64,000 nt of DNA from an uncultured Planctomycetales bacterium (GCA_964542785.1 CAZIUK010000003.1:12946-76945), one strand, 5' to 3'. Positions 19,404-29,590 are shown, counted from the stretch's first letter. The notes: generated by a model not told the origin, from the sequence alone. Translations and numbers: made by a program.

Positions 19404-22400
19404 ATGAAGCCAAAATTATCCGAAAATGCATTGAAAGTTTTAGAAAGAAGGTATTTGAAAAAAGATGAAGAGGGGAAAGTTGTAGAAACCCCGCAAGAGC
19501 TTTTTAGAAGAGTGGCCTCTGCAATTGCTTCGGCAGATAGGTTATACGGAAAAACAGAAAAAGAGATTAAGGTGTTAGAGGAAGAGTTTTACAATATGAT
19601 GGCTTCTTTGGAGTTTCTCCCTAATTCCCCTTGCCTTATGAACGCCGGTAAGGATTTAGGGCAACTATCTGCTTGTTTTGTCCTTCCGATAGAAGATTCC
19701 ATGGACTCTATATTTGAGAGTCTTAAAGCAACTGCTATGATCCATAAGTGCCTTGTCCCAGAAACTATTGTTATGGTTGATAGCGGTTTAAAGGAATTAA
19801 AAGATGTTTCTCCCGGAGAGAGGATACTTACCGAAGAGGGGTATTATAAGGTAAGCGAAATACATAAAAATGGAACCAAAGATATTTTTGAAGTAGTTAC
19901 TGAAAAAGGATATGCAATTAGAGGCACTGCTAAGCACCGCCTATTTATTATTGATGAAAATGGCAATTATGCATGGAAAAAGATAAAAGATTTAAGCCCG
20001 GATGATTGGGTGGTTTTAAAGCCCGCTAAGTGGCATGGTAGAGAAGTAGTAAAGCTTTCTAATTTTAAGTATGATTATCATCCGGTTAATAACGGGTCTT
20101 TTAACTTAAAGAGGGTAAAGATTCCAAGCTTCCTCTCTGTGCAATTGGCAGAATTATGGGGGATGTATATAGGCGATGGCTCTAACCATCGCGACGGAAT
20201 CAGGTTTAGCGTTGGAGAAGAGAGCCGGGAGCTTGTTGATTACATCTCTAAAATCTCCTTAGAACTATTTAACAAAAAACCAAGTGTGAGTAGATATGAA
20301 AAGAAGAGTTGTTATGAGGTAGCTCTTCTTAGCGTTGAACTTAAAGAATGGTTTGCGTCTTTAGGCATAACCAAAGCCTCAGCGCGTAGCGCAAGGATCC
20401 CTAAGATTCTTAAAAACGCGGGAGAAGATTATATATGTGGTTTTTTAAGAGGGCTTTTTTCTACGGATGGCTGTATAAGGAAGAGCGGGCATATTGCTTT
20501 AAGTACTACATCAAGCGCTTTGGCAGAAGAATTACAGGTCATTATGCTTTATTTAGGGATACCTACGCAAAAAACATACCGTCCGGATACAGATAGTTAT
20601 CAAGTCTCAGTTTGTAATAAGTCAGGATTTGCTATTTTTAGGGATAAGATAGGATTTTTAATCCGCGCTAAGCAAGAAAGGTTAAGTTCCGTTAATATTG
20701 AGGAGATTTTTACTAAAGGGCAGATAATCCCGAACCAGAAGAATCGTTTAAGTTCTTGGTATAATAGCTTGGAAGATATCTTAGAAAGAAGAAGGGCGGC
20801 AGATTTTATAGAAGGAATAATCCATAGGCCATCCGGCTTTCGCCAGTTAACCCGGCAGAAGGCATTGCTTATGCAAGAAGATGGCTTAGGCCCCGAATTC
20901 CTTAAGCAGTTTTTACAGGATAACTTATTCTATACGAAAATAAGCAGTATAAAACATTGCGGCAAGAGCGTAGTGTATGACTTAACTGTTCCTTATAAAC
21001 ATTCTTATGTGGCGAATGGTTTTGTTAGCCATAATTCTGGTGGAGGGACGGGTTTTTCCTTTTCGCGCCTTCGGTCGAAAAATGCGGTAGTTAAGACTAC
21101 TGGGGGTGTTGCCTCGGGGCCTATATCTTTTATGCGCGTTTATGATGCGGCGACCGAAGCGGTAAAACAAGGCGGGACAAGGCGTGGCGCTAACATGGGC
21201 ATATTAAGGGTAGACCACCCGGATGTCTTAGAGTTTATTACCTGTAAAGATAATAATAAGCAGATTAATAATTTCAATATCTCTATCGCCTTAACCGATG
21301 AATTTATGCGCAAGTTAGAAAAGAATGAGGATTATGATTTGATAGATCCCCATACTCAAAAGGTAGTAGAGAAGGTTAACTCTAAGGAGGTATTTGACTT
21401 AATAGTAAAGCAGGCGCATAAGAACGGAGAGCCTGGGGTGATCTTTATTGACAGGATGAATGAATTTAATCCTACCCCTAAATTAGGCAAGTATGAGTCT
21501 ACTAATCCTTGCGGGGAGCAGGTCTTACTTCCTTATGAGAGTTGTGATTTAGGTTCAATAAACCTTTCTTTGATTTGCAAGCAAAGAGACGGGCTTTATG
21601 AGATTGATTGGAATAGGTTAAAAGAGGTGACGCATTTAGCTGTGTATTTTTTAGATAATCTAATTGACGAGAATAAGTTTCCTCTTTTGCAAATTGAAAA
21701 GGCGACAAAAGCGACCCGCAAGGTTGGGTTAGGGGTTATGGGTTGGGCTTCTCTGCTTATACGTTTGAATATACCTTATAATAGCGACGAGGCGGTTGCC
21801 TTGGCTGAGAAGGTTATGTCTTTTATTTTAGATGAAGCGGTTAAAAAATCTTTAGAGTTAGGCAAGGCAAAGGGTGCCTTTCCTGCATTTAAAGGAAGTA
21901 TCTATGATAAGAAGAACGCAACGGCTAAGATGCGCAATGCCACTCTTACTACGATAGCTCCGACAGGGACAATTAGTATTATTGCCGGTCCGTGCTCTTC
22001 TGGGATTGAGCCGTTGTTTGCGATATCTTATTACCGTAATGTAATGGACAATGATAAGTTAGTAGAGGTTGATCCTTTATTTGAAGAGGTGGCGCGTTTG
22101 CGCGGTTTTTATAGCCGTGAATTGATGGAGAAGATTGCTAAGAGCGGTTCCCTTGCGCATATTGAAGAGGTGCCTGAGGATGTAAAAAAGATTTTTGTTA
22201 CTGCCCACGATATATCTCCTGAATGGCATGTGCGTATGCAGGCGGCATTTCAGAGGTTTGTACATAATGCTACTTCAAAGACAATAAACTTTCCAGAGGA
22301 GGCTTCTATCGAAGATGTCCGTGAGGCCTATCTTTTAGCTTATGATTTAGGGTGTAAGGGGATAACTGTTTATCGCGATAAGAGCCGAGAGGAACAGGTC

Positions 22401-23003
22401 TTAAATATTGGTAGCTCTAAAGAAGACAAGAGCATAAAGACAGATACCTTTAAGCAGGATTTTAAGAAAGAGATTGCGCCTAGGCCTCGACCGGAGGTAA
22501 TTTTTGGCACAACGACAAAGGTCCCAACCGGCTGCGGGAATCTTTACGTTACTATAAATGTTGACGAAAAAGGAGAGCCATTTGAATTGTTTACTCAAAT
22601 GGGTAAAGCCGGGGGGTGCGCTGCTTCCCAACTTGAAGCCATAGGCAGATTAGTCTCTTTAGGTTTTCGTACAGGAGTAGAGGTCAAATCTATTATTGAA
22701 CAGCTTAGGAATATCCGCTGTCCGTCTCCTTCTTGGGAGAAAGGGCAACGTATATTTTCTTGTGCTGATGCTATTGCCAGAGTAATAGAGAGAAGGTTGG
22801 TAAATACGCAAACCTCAAAAGAAGGGCTTGAAGTAGCTCCAATAGCGATGAAGCACTCTTCTGATGATGAGCAAGTAGTAACTGAGATTAATAATAGCAC
22901 TAGCCGCGGGGATATTGTTGGAGTATGCCCTGATTGCGGGGGAGCTCTTCGCCATGAAGAAGGGTGTATGAAGTGTTATGCCTGCGGGTTTTCTAAGTGT
23001 TGA
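19404..23003 (+). CDS. nrdJ: Class II (adenosylcobalamin-type) ribonucleotide reductase NrdJ, interrupted by an in-frame intein
   Basis: The N-extein ends ...LKATAMIHK and the C-extein begins SGGGTGFSFSRLR..., and the C-terminal region contains a zinc ribbon (CPDCGGALRHEEGCMKCYACG). The 1199-aa ORF is 770 aa once the intein is removed. Confidence 0.8.
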   Translation: MKPKLSENALKVLERRYLKKDEEGKVVETPQELFRRVASAIASADRLYGKTEKEIKVLEEEFYNMMASLEFLPNSPCLMNAGKDLGQLSACFVLPIEDSMDSIFESLKATAMIHKCLVPETIVMVDSGLKELKDVSPGERILTEEGYYKVSEIHKNGTKDIFEVVTEKGYAIRGTAKHRLFIIDENGNYAWKKIKDLSPDDWVVLKPAKWHGREVVKLSNFKYDYHPVNNGSFNLKRVKIPSFLSVQLAELWGMYIGDGSNHRDGIRFSVGEESRELVDYISKISLELFNKKPSVSRYEKKSCYEVALLSVELKEWFASLGITKASARSARIPKILKNAGEDYICGFLRGLFSTDGCIRKSGHIALSTTSSALAEELQVIMLYLGIPTQKTYRPDTDSYQVSVCNKSGFAIFRDKIGFLIRAKQERLSSVNIEEIFTKGQIIPNQKNRLSSWYNSLEDILERRRAADFIEGIIHRPSGFRQLTRQKALLMQEDGLGPEFLKQFLQDNLFYTKISSIKHCGKSVVYDLTVPYKHSYVANGFVSHNSGGGTGFSFSRLRSKNAVVKTTGGVASGPISFMRVYDAATEAVKQGGTRRGANMGILRVDHPDVLEFITCKDNNKQINNFNISIALTDEFMRKLEKNEDYDLIDPHTQKVVEKVNSKEVFDLIVKQAHKNGEPGVIFIDRMNEFNPTPKLGKYESTNPCGEQVLLPYESCDLGSINLSLICKQRDGLYEIDWNRLKEVTHLAVYFLDNLIDENKFPLLQIEKATKATRKVGLGVMGWASLLIRLNIPYNSDEAVALAEKVMSFILDEAVKKSLELGKAKGAFPAFKGSIYDKKNATAKMRNATLTTIAPTGTISIIAGPCSSGIEPLFAISYYRNVMDNDKLVEVDPLFEEVARLRGFYSRELMEKIAKSGSLAHIEEVPEDVKKIFVTAHDISPEWHVRMQAAFQRFVHNATSKTINFPEEASIEDVREAYLLAYDLGCKGITVYRDKSREEQVLNIGSSKEDKSIKTDTFKQDFKKEIAPRPRPEVIFGTTTKVPTGCGNLYVTINVDEKGEPFELFTQMGKAGGCAASQLEAIGRLVSLGFRTGVEVKSIIEQLRNIRCPSPSWEKGQRIFSCADAIARVIERRLVNTQTSKEGLEVAPIAMKHSSDDEQVVTEINNSTSRGDIVGVCPDCGGALRHEEGCMKCYACGFSKC
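19749..21035 (+). mobile_element. Intein (429 aa) with a LAGLIDADG homing-endonuclease domain inside nrdJ
   Basis: It begins with Cys (CLVPET...) and ends ...VSHN immediately before the +1 Ser of the extein. LAGLIDADG-type blocks are LAELWGMYIGDGS and LRGLFSTDGCI. Confidence 0.75.
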
Positions 23004-23058
23004 TTTAGTTATTCGATTATTTTGTTTATCAGTTTGATAGTTAAATAAGGGGATTAAG

Positions 23059-24342
23059 ATGAAAAAAATTCTTTATGTAGTGCTTGATGGTTTAGGGGAT
23101 TTGCCGATAAAAGAGTTGGGAGGAAAGACCCCGCTTGAAGCGGCAGTTACTCCTAATATGGATAGGTTAGCGCAGTCAGGCAGAACAGGGATAGTTTATC
23201 CCGTAGGAAAAGGTATTGCCCCGGAGTCGGATGTAGCGGTAATCAGCCTATTAGGGTATGACGCGCATAAGTATTATACCGGACGCGGGCCATTAGAGTC
23301 TTTTGCCGAAGGTTTGAATATAAATGATGGGGATGTTGCTTTTAGAGTTAATTTTGCTACGGTAGGCGATGACCTAAAGACTATAAAAGACCGCCGCGTG
23401 GGGAGAAACCTCTCTACAGAAGAAGCCGCTGCTTTAGCTAAGGAGATAAATGCAAAGGTTACTTTGTCTAGCGCTACATTTGAGTTTAAGAGTACTATTG
23501 GACACCGCGGGATATTAGTGATAAGAGGGATGCATCAGAAGTTATCAGGTTGGATTACTAATACAGACCCTGCTTATGGCCGTTACGGAGTATTTGGCGT
23601 AGCCTTAGATGAGTTTGAAAATAGGGTAGCGGTATCTGTACCTATACAAGGACATGAGGAGGACTTAAGCGCTAAAGAGTCTTCTAAGCTTTTAAATGAA
23701 TTTACTGAAAAATCTATAAAGGTATTAAATGAATCAGCAATAAACAAGAAGAGGATTAGTGAAGGAAAGTTGCCGGGAAATTTAATCCTCTCGCGTGACG
23801 CAGGGGATCGGTTGCCTAAATTTCCTTCTATTTTAAGCATATTTAATTTAAAGTTTGGTTCTTTTGTGCAGATGCCTGTTGAGAAGGGAATAGCACTTTT
23901 AACGGGGATAGATGTTATTGAAGTTCCTCAATCAAGCGGCCATTTAGATGTGGATTATCCTATTTGGGCAAAGATAGCGTTAGATTCTATGCAAAAGTAT
24001 GACGGAATTTATGTGCATTTAAAAGGCCCTGATGAGCCTGCGCACGATGGAGATTTCTTGAATAAAAAAGAGAGTATAGAGGCAATAGACAAACATTTCT
24101 TCTCAAGTCTCTTACCTAAATTGGATATCGCTAATACTATTGTTGCTATAACCGCAGATCACTCTACTGCCTGCGCAATCAAAGCGCATACTGCAGATCC
24201 TGTTCCGCTATTAATATGCGGGGGGAATATTAGGCCTGATGGCTCAATGAGTTTTTCAGAGCGGGCAGCAGCCTTAGGCTCAATCGGAGAACTTTTAGGT
24301 AATCAGATACTGCCGTATTTAGTGGATTTATCTAAAGAGTAA
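23059..24342 (+). CDS. apgM: Cofactor-independent phosphoglycerate mutase, archaeal type
   Basis: It has the N-terminal LYVVLDGLGD metal-binding motif. Its length and overall layout fit the ApgM family. Confidence 0.75.
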   Translation: MKKILYVVLDGLGDLPIKELGGKTPLEAAVTPNMDRLAQSGRTGIVYPVGKGIAPESDVAVISLLGYDAHKYYTGRGPLESFAEGLNINDGDVAFRVNFATVGDDLKTIKDRRVGRNLSTEEAAALAKEINAKVTLSSATFEFKSTIGHRGILVIRGMHQKLSGWITNTDPAYGRYGVFGVALDEFENRVAVSVPIQGHEEDLSAKESSKLLNEFTEKSIKVLNESAINKKRISEGKLPGNLILSRDAGDRLPKFPSILSIFNLKFGSFVQMPVEKGIALLTGIDVIEVPQSSGHLDVDYPIWAKIALDSMQKYDGIYVHLKGPDEPAHDGDFLNKKESIEAIDKHFFSSLLPKLDIANTIVAITADHSTACAIKAHTADPVPLLICGGNIRPDGSMSFSERAAALGSIGELLGNQILPYLVDLSKE

Positions 24343-24363
24343 GGCATTGGTTTTATCTCTTAT

Positions 24364-24394
24364 GGGGCCGGAGTTATATCCGGCCCCTTTATTT
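24364..24394 (+). terminator. Rho-independent terminator after apgM
   Basis: GGGGCCGGA-gttata-TCCGGCCCC (9-bp GC-rich stem) is followed by TTTATTT. Confidence 0.75.
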
Positions 24395-24426
24395 ATATAA
24401 TTATTTTAGGATTAGGTTTTTTAGCG

Positions 24427-26262
24427 ATGGAGAATTACGAGATTATAGTAATAGGTGCAGGGCATGCCGGGATAGAGGCTGGTTTGGCAGCTTCGCGGAT
24501 GGGGCGTAAGACAGCGATAGTTACCTTTAGAAAAGAGACCATTGGGCTTATGAGTTGTAATCCGGCGATTGGAGGAGTAGGCAAGGGGCAATTAGTCCGT
24601 GAAATAGATGCTTTAGGGGGAGAGATGGCTCATGCTATAGATTTTAGCGGGATACAGTTTCGCACTCTCAATGCTTCTAAAGGAGCGGCAGTTCATTCAT
24701 CCCGGGCTCAGGCAGACCGAAAGATTTATCAAAGATATATGCAAAAGAGGGTAACAAGTCAAAAAAATCTTACTCTTATAGAAAAGGAAACGACAGGTAT
24801 TATTAAGGAAGATAGGGCAGTTGGAGTTAGATGTGGTAAAGAGGTAATCCTCGCAAAAAAAATTATTCTTGCTGCGGGGACTTTTTTAAACGGAGTAATA
24901 CGTATTGGCTTAGATAAGTATAAAGGAGGCAGGGTTAATGAGCCTGTTAGTCAGAGATTGCCTTTAAGTTTAAAAAGTGCCGGGCTTAAAATGGGCCGGT
25001 TTAAGACTTGCACTACAATGTGCCTTGACAAAAGGACGATTGATTTTTCTAAGATGGCGCCCCAATTTGCAGATAGCAGGATAAGGCCTTTTTCTTCTGC
25101 TACCAAGAAGATAAATTTAAAACAAAAACCATGTTACTTAACTTATACTAATGATAAGACGCATAAGATAATCGCTTCCTCTTTAAAGGATAAAGAGTTT
25201 TTAGCTATCCTTAAAGAGGGGGTAAACCCGCGTTACTGTCCTTCTATAGAAGATAAGATCATGCGTTTTCCTGATAGAGAGAGGCACCAGGTATTCTTAG
25301 AGCCCGAAGGCATAGATACTGATGAGTATTATTGTAACGGGCTGTTTACTTTTCTGCCGAAAAATACACAAGAGGCTATAATCCGCTCTATTGTGGGGTT
25401 AGAAAAAGCCAAGATAACTAAGTTTGGTTATGGTATAGAGTATGATTACTTTGACCCGACTCAACTTTTTCCTACTTTAGAGGTAAAAAAAATTAGAAAC
25501 TTATATCTTGCTGGACAGATTAATGGCACAACCGGGTATGAGGAAGCTGGAGCGCAAGGGTTGATTGCCGGGATTAATGCGGCTTTAAGCATAAGCAAAA
25601 AAGAACCGTTAATACTTAACCGCGCTTTAAGTTATATCGGCGTCTTAATTGACGACCTTGTTACTAAGGGGGTTGAGGAGCCGTATCGTATGTTTACCTC
25701 GCGGGCAGAATACCGGCTTATATTAAGAGAGGATAATGCGGATATACGCTTAAGCAAAATAGGTTATGACTTAGGGTTAGTTAAAGATTGTCTTTATAAA
25801 AAGTCTTTAGTTAAGGCTGAAGAGATTAAAAAGGGGATACTTTTTTTAAGGGATACTCGGGTTAAATCTTTTAAAGCAGAGAGATTAAAAAAAGAGGCAA
25901 CGCTTGAAAGTTTATTAAAAAGGCCCGGTGTAGGGCTGGATGACTTTAAGGAGTATAACTATAAAGAGCTTAAAGGTGTAGAGGTTGATGTGTCTAAGGG
26001 CATAGAGATTGAGGTAAAGTATAGCGGGTTCATAAGCAGGCAGATAAAAGATGTTGAGAGGTTTATGCATCTTGAGAAGATAAAAATTCCTAATAGTATA
26101 GTTTATACTGATATTCCGGGGTTATCCAACGAGGCAAAGGAAAAATTAAGCAGGCTTAGACCTTTGACCCTTGGCCAGGCATCACGTATATCAGGGGTAA
26201 CTTTGGCGGCTATTTCAATATTGATGATCTATCTTAAGAAAGAGCGTTTAGGGGTAGTATAA
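24427..26262 (+). CDS. mnmG: tRNA uridine-5-carboxymethylaminomethyl modification enzyme MnmG (GidA)
   Basis: It has the FAD-binding N-terminus (YEIIVIGAGHAGIEAG) and the conserved GQINGTTGYEEAGAQGLIAGINA region. The ORF is 611 aa. Confidence 0.9.
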   Translation: MENYEIIVIGAGHAGIEAGLAASRMGRKTAIVTFRKETIGLMSCNPAIGGVGKGQLVREIDALGGEMAHAIDFSGIQFRTLNASKGAAVHSSRAQADRKIYQRYMQKRVTSQKNLTLIEKETTGIIKEDRAVGVRCGKEVILAKKIILAAGTFLNGVIRIGLDKYKGGRVNEPVSQRLPLSLKSAGLKMGRFKTCTTMCLDKRTIDFSKMAPQFADSRIRPFSSATKKINLKQKPCYLTYTNDKTHKIIASSLKDKEFLAILKEGVNPRYCPSIEDKIMRFPDRERHQVFLEPEGIDTDEYYCNGLFTFLPKNTQEAIIRSIVGLEKAKITKFGYGIEYDYFDPTQLFPTLEVKKIRNLYLAGQINGTTGYEEAGAQGLIAGINAALSISKKEPLILNRALSYIGVLIDDLVTKGVEEPYRMFTSRAEYRLILREDNADIRLSKIGYDLGLVKDCLYKKSLVKAEEIKKGILFLRDTRVKSFKAERLKKEATLESLLKRPGVGLDDFKEYNYKELKGVEVDVSKGIEIEVKYSGFISRQIKDVERFMHLEKIKIPNSIVYTDIPGLSNEAKEKLSRLRPLTLGQASRISGVTLAAISILMIYLKKERLGVV

Positions 26263-26281
26263 TTTAAAGCAGAATATCTCC

Positions 26282-26310
26282 TTGACCCGGGATTTCCCCT
26301 AGTATATAAT
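26282..26310 (+). promoter_or_regulatory. Sigma70-type promoter (TTGACC-17-TATAAT) immediately upstream of nadE, implying a leaderless or near-leaderless transcript
   Basis: The -35 TTGACC is at 26282-26287 and the -10 TATAAT at 26305-26310. The nadE ATG lies at 26319, only 8 nt after the -10. Confidence 0.5.
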
Positions 26311-26318
26311 TCATTTTA

Positions 26319-27035
26319 ATGAAGAAGAAGATTGTAACTTGGATAAAAAAAAAGGTTAAGTCTGCAAGGGCTAGGGGGATTGTTTTAGGGTTATCCGGAG
26401 GGTTAGATTCAGCAGTTGTTGCCGAATTGTCTTTACAAGCAGTTGGGAGAGAGAATGTATTAGCTTTAATCTTACCTTGCAATAGCATAAGAGAGGATTT
26501 AAAGGATGCTAAGTTAGTTGTAAAGGCGCTTAAACTAAAGGCAAAAAATATAGACCTAACTAAGGTTTATGAGCTTTTTATAAAGCTTTTACCTTCGGCA
26601 GGCATCCTTGCTAAGGCTAATCTTAAACCTAGGCTGCGCATGACTGCGCTTTATTACTTTGCCAATAAGTTTAATTACCTTGTTTGCGGTACAAGCAATA
26701 AATCAGAGGTATCTATAGGGTATTTTACTAAGTTTGGGGATGGCGGGGCAGATATACTTCCTTTGGCGGGGTTGTTAAAATCTCAAGTAAGAGATTTGGC
26801 AAGAGAGCTAAATATCCCAAAGAGGATAATTTCTAAAGCTCCTAGTGCCGGACTTTGGAGGGGCCAAACTGATGAAGCAGAGCTAGGACTTACATACAAT
26901 GAGCTTGATGATATATTGATGCGGCTCGAGAAGGGGTTAAAGCAGTTGTCGTCTTTAGATAAGGTAAGAAAGGTAAAGAGTTTGATTTTACACTCTGCGC
27001 ATAAAAGAGGTAATGCGGCTGTTTTCCGTATTTAA
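26319..27035 (+). CDS. nadE: NH3-dependent NAD+ synthetase
   Basis: It carries the PP-loop (GLSGGLDSAVVA). Its 238-aa length fits NadE. Confidence 0.85.
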   Translation: MKKKIVTWIKKKVKSARARGIVLGLSGGLDSAVVAELSLQAVGRENVLALILPCNSIREDLKDAKLVVKALKLKAKNIDLTKVYELFIKLLPSAGILAKANLKPRLRMTALYYFANKFNYLVCGTSNKSEVSIGYFTKFGDGGADILPLAGLLKSQVRDLARELNIPKRIISKAPSAGLWRGQTDEAELGLTYNELDDILMRLEKGLKQLSSLDKVRKVKSLILHSAHKRGNAAVFRI

Positions 27036-27050
27036 GCGAAAGGGGAAAAG

Positions 27051-27542
27051 ATGGATGAGATACTTAAGATATTAGAGAAAGATGCGCGCACAGCTCCTGA
27101 GGATATCGCTAAGATGCTTAAGAAAAAAAGGAGCCCTCAAGAGATAAGGGATAAGATTAAAAAGTATGAAAAAGACGGGGTGATTTTAAAATATAAGACA
27201 GTTTTGAATAAAGATTTAATTCGAAATAATGAATCATGTGTACGCGCTTTAATTGAGGTTAATGTCCTTCCGCAGAAAGATGTTGGTTTTGATAGGATAG
27301 CCGAGCGGATATATTCCTTTCCAGAGGTCTTAAGTTGTTATCTTATATCAGGCGCATACGACCTTCTTGTGATAGTGGAGGGTAAGAATATACATGCTGT
27401 ATCAAACTTTGTGGCAGAGAAACTTTCCTGCCTTGAGAATGTCCGCGAGACGACTACGCATTTTCTGCTTAAAAAATACAAAGAAGACGGAGTCGCCTTG
27501 AAGCGCAAAGAGGATAATAAAAGGATAGCTATCTCTTATTAA
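27051..27542 (+). CDS. Lrp/AsnC-family transcriptional regulator
   Basis: It has an N-terminal HTH and a C-terminal RAM/ACT-like domain. The ORF is 163 aa. Confidence 0.7.
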   Translation: MDEILKILEKDARTAPEDIAKMLKKKRSPQEIRDKIKKYEKDGVILKYKTVLNKDLIRNNESCVRALIEVNVLPQKDVGFDRIAERIYSFPEVLSCYLISGAYDLLVIVEGKNIHAVSNFVAEKLSCLENVRETTTHFLLKKYKEDGVALKRKEDNKRIAISY

Positions 27543-27628
27543 TAAAATATTTTTTAGCTGCTATTTTTTTAAAAGGATTTTTATGCGAAAAGATAAGTTT
27601 TAGCAAGAAGCAATAATAAAGTAAAACA

Positions 27629-28789
27629 ATGAGAAATATCGTATCTAATAAAGTAGAGCAGATACAGCCTTCAGGCATCAGGGCTTTTTTTGATTTAGTC
27701 TTGGGAATGAAGGATGTTATATCATTAGGCGTAGGCGAGCCTGATTTTGTTACCCCTTGGGCGATACGTGAATCTGGGATAACTGCGCTTGAAGAGGGCT
27801 TTACTTCATATACTTCTAATAAAGGTTTATACAAGCTGCGCTTGGGTATAAGCCGTTATCTAAGGAGTAGATTCGGCATGGAGTATTCTGCGGATGAGGA
27901 GATTCTGGTTACTGTCGGGGTAAGTGAAGCTATGGATTTAGCTTTGCGTACGATTGTAAACCCTAATGACAAGATCCTAATACCTTCTCCTAACTATGTC
28001 TCTTACGGTCCGCTTGCGGAGTTAGCCTCAGGCATCCCCGTATATATAGATACGCAGAAGGATGGGTTTAAATTAACCGCCAAAAATCTAGAGAGGCATA
28101 TAGATGATAAGGTAAAAGGGATAATTTTTAATTACCCGTGTAATCCCACCGGAGTTTCTTACAAGAGAAAAGAGTTAAGCAGGATAAATGAGATTCTCTT
28201 AAAGAATAAGATTATATGTATATCGGATGAGATATACGGGGATTTAACTTATGATTTTGAGCATGTAGCCTTCCCCTCGTTGCCTAAGGCTAAAAAGAAT
28301 ACGATTTATCTTAATGGTTTCTCTAAGTCATACGCGATGACCGGCTGGAGGGTAGGTTTTGCCTGTGGGCCTAAAGATATTATCGCAGGAATGACCAAGA
28401 TACATCAATATACTATCATGTGTGTCCCTACAGTCTCTCAGATGGCAGCATCTGAAGCGTTGTATTCTGGGGAAAGGGAAGTTAGGGAGATGAAACGCGA
28501 GTATGCAAGAAGAAGGGAATTTATTATTGAAGGGTTAAATAAGTTAGGGCTTCTTTGCCATAAGCCGCAAGGAGCTTTTTATGCTTTCCCTAATATCAAA
28601 AAAACAGGGTTGACTGCTCTTGATTTTGCCCAGAGGCTTTTAAAGAAGAAGAGAGTTGCAGTGGTCCCGGGGACTGCCTTTGGCAGGGAATACAAAGACT
28701 ACCTTCGTATATCCTATGCTTCAAGTTTAGATAATCTTAAAGAAGCTTTAAAAAGGATCGGCGATTTTTTAATTAGCGGGGGTATCTAA
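27629..28789 (+). CDS. Class I/II pyridoxal-phosphate aminotransferase (aspartate/aromatic aminotransferase-like)
   Basis: NGFSKSYAMTGWRVG carries the PLP-lysine motif. The ORF is 386 aa. Confidence 0.85.
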   Translation: MRNIVSNKVEQIQPSGIRAFFDLVLGMKDVISLGVGEPDFVTPWAIRESGITALEEGFTSYTSNKGLYKLRLGISRYLRSRFGMEYSADEEILVTVGVSEAMDLALRTIVNPNDKILIPSPNYVSYGPLAELASGIPVYIDTQKDGFKLTAKNLERHIDDKVKGIIFNYPCNPTGVSYKRKELSRINEILLKNKIICISDEIYGDLTYDFEHVAFPSLPKAKKNTIYLNGFSKSYAMTGWRVGFACGPKDIIAGMTKIHQYTIMCVPTVSQMAASEALYSGEREVREMKREYARRREFIIEGLNKLGLLCHKPQGAFYAFPNIKKTGLTALDFAQRLLKKKRVAVVPGTAFGREYKDYLRISYASSLDNLKEALKRIGDFLISGGI

Positions 28790-28822
28790 AAAAAGGTTTA
28801 CGGAATAGAAGAGGAGATAAAG

Positions 28823-29209
28823 ATGGTAAAAAGACGTATTTTTATTGCAGATGACGAGCCGGAGGTCCTCTTTTTGCTAAAAGATTTTCTTACTGCTAAT
28901 AATTTTGATGTTAAAGTTTGCAAGGTATCTAAAAATGTTGTGCGCTTAATTCGTTCTTTTAAGCCCCATTTAATTCTCTTAGATTTATTGATGCCTGATC
29001 TAGGCGGTTTTGAGGTGTGTGAAATTTTAAATCACGATTCTTGTACTTGCGGGATACCGATAATTATTATTTCCGGGTTAGGCGACCCAAAGGATATTAA
29101 AAAAGCCTATAAATTGGGCATAGTGGGTTATCTGGTTAAGCCATTTTCTTTAGAGAGTATGCTTAAAAAAATTAATCAGGCCATTGCTAATAAGGAGAAA
29201 GTCTTTTAG
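28823..29209 (+). CDS. Stand-alone response-regulator receiver (CheY-like)
   Basis: It has the acidic pocket (DDEPE), the phospho-acceptor context (LILLDLLMPDLGG) and a conserved Lys (VGYLVKPF). Confidence 0.8.
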   Translation: MVKRRIFIADDEPEVLFLLKDFLTANNFDVKVCKVSKNVVRLIRSFKPHLILLDLLMPDLGGFEVCEILNHDSCTCGIPIIIISGLGDPKDIKKAYKLGIVGYLVKPFSLESMLKKINQAIANKEKVF

Positions 29210-29259
29210 CCTTTTTTTCCTTCACGACGGTAGATTTAAATAAAAATTAAAAATACTTC

Positions 29260-29307
29260 TTGACAAAAACCCCATTCTTTTATATCATTTGATATAGAGT
29301 TATATCA
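29260..29307 (+). promoter_or_regulatory. Strong sigma70-like promoter (TTGACA-17-TATCAT) with an adjacent 7-4-7 palindromic operator upstream of the secretin operon
   Basis: TTGACA is at 29260-29265 and TATCAT at 29283-29288. The inverted repeat TGATATA-gagt-TATATCA lies at 29290-29307, around the expected +1. The first gene downstream encodes a MerR-like HTH protein. Confidence 0.5.
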
Positions 29308-29358
29308 AGTGCTATAACTTACCATATATCTATAATCCTTTTAACAGAGGAGACTCAA

Positions 29359-29586
29359 ATGGCCGAATCCTTAATTTCTCCCGCTGAAATAACTAAAATT
29401 CATAGCATATCTTATCAGACGGTTAACTACTATACTAACCTTGGGCTCTTAAAAGTCAAAAAGAGAGAGGCTAATAATCGTCTTTACAGCTCCAAGGAAG
29501 TCAGTTCTAGCTTAAAGAAGGTCTCTGAGCTTAAGAGCCGGGGGTATTCATTAAAGCTTATATGTGATTTATTAAGAAAGGGCTGA
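29359..29586 (+). CDS. Small MerR-superfamily HTH DNA-binding protein
   Basis: The N-terminal HTH is ITKIHSISYQTVNYYTNLGLL. The ORF is 75 aa and is the first gene of the operon. Confidence 0.5.
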   Translation: MAESLISPAEITKIHSISYQTVNYYTNLGLLKVKKREANNRLYSSKEVSSSLKKVSELKSRGYSLKLICDLLRKG

Positions 29587-29590
29587 TGGG

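Noticed and set aside
23004-23058. A possible terminator between nrdJ and apgM.
   Set aside because: There is no stable GC-rich hairpin followed by a T-tract. The genes may be co-transcribed, or may terminate by another mechanism.
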